From: Lingula anatina
Lineage: Eukaryota > Animalia > Brachiopoda
Direction of reading: 5' to 3'
Length of the DNA stretch: 64,000 nucleotides
Assembly (NCBI GenBank): GCA_051362555.1
Contig: CM120643.1
Location: 29,764,848-29,828,847 of the forward strand
Under the pieces are notes generated by a model. The model made no database searches and was not told where the DNA came from. It saw only the letters and a program-made list of their open reading frames with translations. Positions 59,761 to 64,000 of the stretch are shown here, in pieces. Position 1 is the first letter of the stretch, and the number at the start of each line of letters is the position of its first letter. The translations under genes and the position numbers were made by a program.

Positions 59761-62700
59761 GGATATTGTAGACAGTTATACCTTATTTAAGAAAGAAGTA
59801 AACCTTTCTTAAAAAGTTTACATGACTTAAATGCTCTAACGAAATATATGCTTTCGTGGTCAAACTAAAGTGATAACAACACTTCATATGAAATTAAAAT
59901 GTTCATAATAAACACATCGAAAACAACAAATAGTGAAAATTCTGAAATTTACGCTTGCCATCGGGCCATATAGACCTTTATACATTAGATGGCTACCTTC
60001 CGCAATAATCTGTTCAGAGATTATTACAATAACACTTTAAATAACATGAACTAACTTTGACTTTACCATTGGAAAGTCTGCTGACTTCAACGTGGCACTT
60101 TTCCCACCAAAATGGCGAGTTGTTATCCCTTTTAGAAAACACGTAAATGTGTGATTATTTTACCAATTAATAAATGACGAAAATGAATAACTTTCTCTTT
60201 TTCTTTTGCTTCTAGCTATTGTACATTTATTTTTATTATGTTCATCATTAAACTTAATCTACCCTCCATGGTTGAGGTATAAGAGTTATATTTTCAAATC
60301 ACCATCTTTGTAAAAGCAAAGGGAGTATTGTCCTCAGCCATGGTTGACGTGGATAATGGAACAACACGGAGGAGACATAACTGTCCAACTCGAAATGAAA
60401 GTAGTTTATTTTAAAGCATTAACTGTTAGACATCCTACTCCCCGCCCTACATTCTAAATTTTTTCCCAGAATACCACATGTAAAGTTTTACACTCCGCTT
60501 ATCTGTCATCTGGTGCCTCTGTTATCATGATTGCCAAGGCAACTCCACTTTAACATCGGAACATCCCTAAACCCAGTTGAGGTCAGAGTTCCTCCGTCAT
60601 TTTAGATTTTAACGGCCTCGCGCAATTTCATGTCTTCATCTGCAGCCAGCGCCTCGAGACGGCAGTCATCACCCAGCCCAATATTCACTGTTACAAGATA
60701 TGGAATTTCCGAAAAATGGCCACAAAAATTTAGGAATGGTTTATTTATATACTCCAATATCTATGTATTTGACGGAATGTTTGCAAGATGGAATCGTTTT
60801 GGCAATTTTTGTTGCGAAATCCTAGAGGAGTTTTCATTCACCATCCCATGCCTTGACATGCAATAAAGATAGAGAGCAGAACTGCCATGTCTTAAGATAG
60901 ATAGTAGAACTGCCATGTCTTAAGATAGATAGTCTTACGCCCGAGACGTGTGTCAGTTTTGGTGCCACACTAATATCAGTCGATAATCTTGAAAATGAAA
61001 GCCTAAATGGAAACAATATTGACTCGAAAATTCATTATTTAATTTCAGTATGTTGCTTCCAGAAAAGATAGATAGATGTGATAGACAAACGAAACATTAC
61101 CAAATAACCCAGTTCTTAGTTCTAGATGTCCGCGGAAACTAATTAAGAACTACGCAGACCAGGGGAATTAGAGCACACGATAGGAAATTACCGGAGTAGA
61201 ATACGAAAGGTTATTACAAAGCAACAGAGGGTTAGTTAGCGATATGACTATACACTGTGAGATATTTACGGAGGAGAATACGAAAGGTTTTACAACGGAA
61301 CAGAAGATTAGTCTAATATACATTCACAACTATGGTAAATAGTAGAATACAAATTACCCACACATTTTTACTATTGTATCTGTTAACTAATGATTGATAC
61401 CCTTCCGTGTTCACAGATTGGTGGACCCACAATCACGCTTAATTAGGATTAAACCATACATAAAAAGTCTTTAAAAAAACTACTGGACAATTATGGTTGT
61501 TGGCGGTGGAAAATTAGACACTAACACTTCTTATAGCTTGTAAACCAGCAGGAAAACCCATCAAAATGATTACTCGATATTGATGATGAAAAGAACCTGG
61601 CTAAGTGATGACATACGTCTTCATGCCGCCTTCACTTAACATTTACAAACGTCTTCTTTAGATTTTTTCCCTAGCACTCACTAGAGGAGTGAGGCTTCAA
61701 TGCGAAAACTTTATAATAGAAAACGTAAACGATGTAAATTGAATACGTGATATTACATTTACGCGAGTTAATTGAGTTTGATCCTTTGGTTTATAAATGT
61801 ATTTGTATAATTATTTAGCACTTTCTTTGCAAAACTTCTATGTGATTCAAAAAGTATGGTTTATCAAAGAAGAATGAATTAAATCAATTCTGCTTATATA
61901 CGCAGTGTAGTACAACTAAACCCCACTGGGATGTTAACATTGATTCAAAATGCTGACCGCAAACAACGTGACATTGTAAAGGAGCTGTTTTTTTATGTTC
62001 ACCAAAGTACACAGTAAACGTATCAATGGTCAATTAGTGTACAGCAGTGTACGCATTGTACAACAGTGTACGCATTGTATAACAGCAGCGTCTGGTCATG
62101 GCTGGAAATGTGGTAGTCTTATTTCAGTAACGGTAGAAACAATTAATAATCAATAAATAAACTCTTACTTCGAGGTATTTGCATACAATAGGATATGTTT
62201 GGCATGTTGGAATAGGACGCACCTTATTTCTCGTGACATCTGTTTTGAGAAATGATTACCCACTCGACACGTGACGTAGCAGCCGCTGCACCATGGCGAA
62301 GATGGTCGGCATATGTGGAGAGCAATGTTCAGCCTGACCCGCCTTGGCCCCGTTGTCTGGCCGTAATCTTAAGCTGTCCAACCATTTACATTTTACACCA
62401 TGCACTTACCTCGGCACATGCCAGCTGTGCTTATAATAGCTTTTTTGGAATCTGTTGTCAATAGAATATAGTAGATGAGTACCATTCGCATAGTGCACTT
62501 GGTTGTTGCTGCATACAGGTTCGCACAATCATTTTTTGTTCTCTGAGCTATTCTTCTTTTTTATTTTATTATTATTTTTTTGTCCATTACTTTTGTAGTA
62601 TTTTTTTTGCAAAATTATATATTTGTGTATACAATGCTGGTTATGTTAACATTTGTACGCTGCAGTTTGTCCGAACCTTGGGAATTATTGGAAATTATTA

Positions 62701-64000
62701 ATAAAGACAGTGTCTGAGATTCGTATTCCGGTAAAAGGCCAAAGCGTTCCCCAAAGGCACTTATAAAGAGTGGATATTTCTTGGGATATTTCAGACGCAT
62801 GTTGCTACAGGTCATATCACGCTAAGAAAATAGCAATTAAAGCTGCTTCACTTTTCGCGTCAGTTCCAATTAAATTTGGCCAGACACAGGCTTAATGGAG
62901 ACATTAACAGCAGCATTGGTTAAAGCGTTTCATTTCACCTCTCACCTTCTGCCTTTACGCGTTTGTCTTTAAGCACCATTTGGTCCGCCATTTGATCTAT
63001 GCAAAAGGGATATTCTCATTGAAGTTCAGTGATGTTTGGTTTCCGGCACTCTGTTCTATCTGCCAAGGAAAGAAAGAGGCAAACAACTTATAAAACAGAC
63101 CATATGAAAATCATTTATTCTCCTATAATTTTTAAAGTTTGGACGGTTGATGTTCTGTTATTGAATCAGATGGTTTCTTTATGCACTTGTAAAGGCATGT
63201 AAGGTAGCTGTGGAATTAAAAGTTTATTTCTGATTGTGAAAAACGGATAATGCACTGGAAAGTAGCTATACTCTGTATTATCAATATTATCCCTGTTGTT
63301 TACTAATTACAAATTGTATAATGAAACATAATGAAACAAATAAACGGCCCGTGGTAAGGCTTTAGTTATGACATTCTGTCTTAACTTACCTGACAGGTGA
63401 TGTACGATAGGAAATTTGTGGAAGAAATAAGTTCAAACTCATCTGTTACCGCGGCACCGTCTCTACAATTAGGTGCAAAATGTTATATGTTTAATACCAT
63501 CCCGCCATGTTTAGATACCGCGGCATATTTACGACTTGAATCGATATGAGAGAACAAACAGCCCGTTATACGTAAATTATTAGCACGGCATATTCTATTA
63601 AGTGTTTTTATTGCGTTGGCAGTACTTTACTCTTAATGCCTAATACCAGTTTTATTCATTTTACTTCTCATTCTTAACACTGGCTGACACTACCCAAATG
63701 GGTTTTCCAGATCATTTATATTAATTCTTATCCTTCCCACACAATTCAATACGCTGTCTTGTCATTAGATGATTCTTTGCCTGGTTTGGAATTTCTATTT
63801 AACCAGTTTAAACAATTTAATCACGTTAGGGGGTGCTTGTAAGCAATTATGAAAATCGCTTTAGTTAAACTATGAAAATTCGTCTCTATTCCTATACAGC
63901 TAACCGCCGTGACCGTCTAGTGGGAGAACAGTGCTGACAACGGCAAAAAATACGTCTTGGTATTTGATCATCTTCTCTGTAGCAATACAGCAATTGTCCC

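Overview
Eukaryotic (metazoan, most likely marine-invertebrate/mollusc-like by inference) genomic DNA with spliced genes, AT-rich introns and many transposable elements; nothing indicates a prokaryotic locus. Main content: (1) two tandem 6-exon IFI44/IFI44L-like genes (TLDc domain + P-loop GTPase) at 7983-20555 and 26089-28929. Both carry disabling lesions, which fall in different halves of the gene. Copy A is greatly expanded by nested transposons, while copy B is compact. (2) An apparently intact TauE/SafE (TSUP) membrane-protein gene (35385-37964, +), probably with a GC-AG first intron. (3) An SLC43-family transporter gene (48292-40188, -, 9 exons) with a Penelope-like retroelement in its last intron. 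(4) A class A peptide GPCR with a single coding exon (57929-59002, +). (5) Three minisatellites of 46, 61 and 43 bp; two begin at a gene's stop codon, and one has a recurrent variant that forms a perfect 36-bp palindrome. (6) RTE and L2/CR1 LINE remnants, Tc1/mariner elements, a three-level nest of PHIS/Harbinger-type elements, an Academ-like element and several MITEs. I found no convincing wholly new biological system. The best leads are the complementary decay and TLDc insertion in the IFI44 pair, a 75-bp templated insertion copied from a downstream intron, the palindrome-corrected minisatellite and the stop-codon minisatellites. All exon models were derived by eye and need transcript confirmation.
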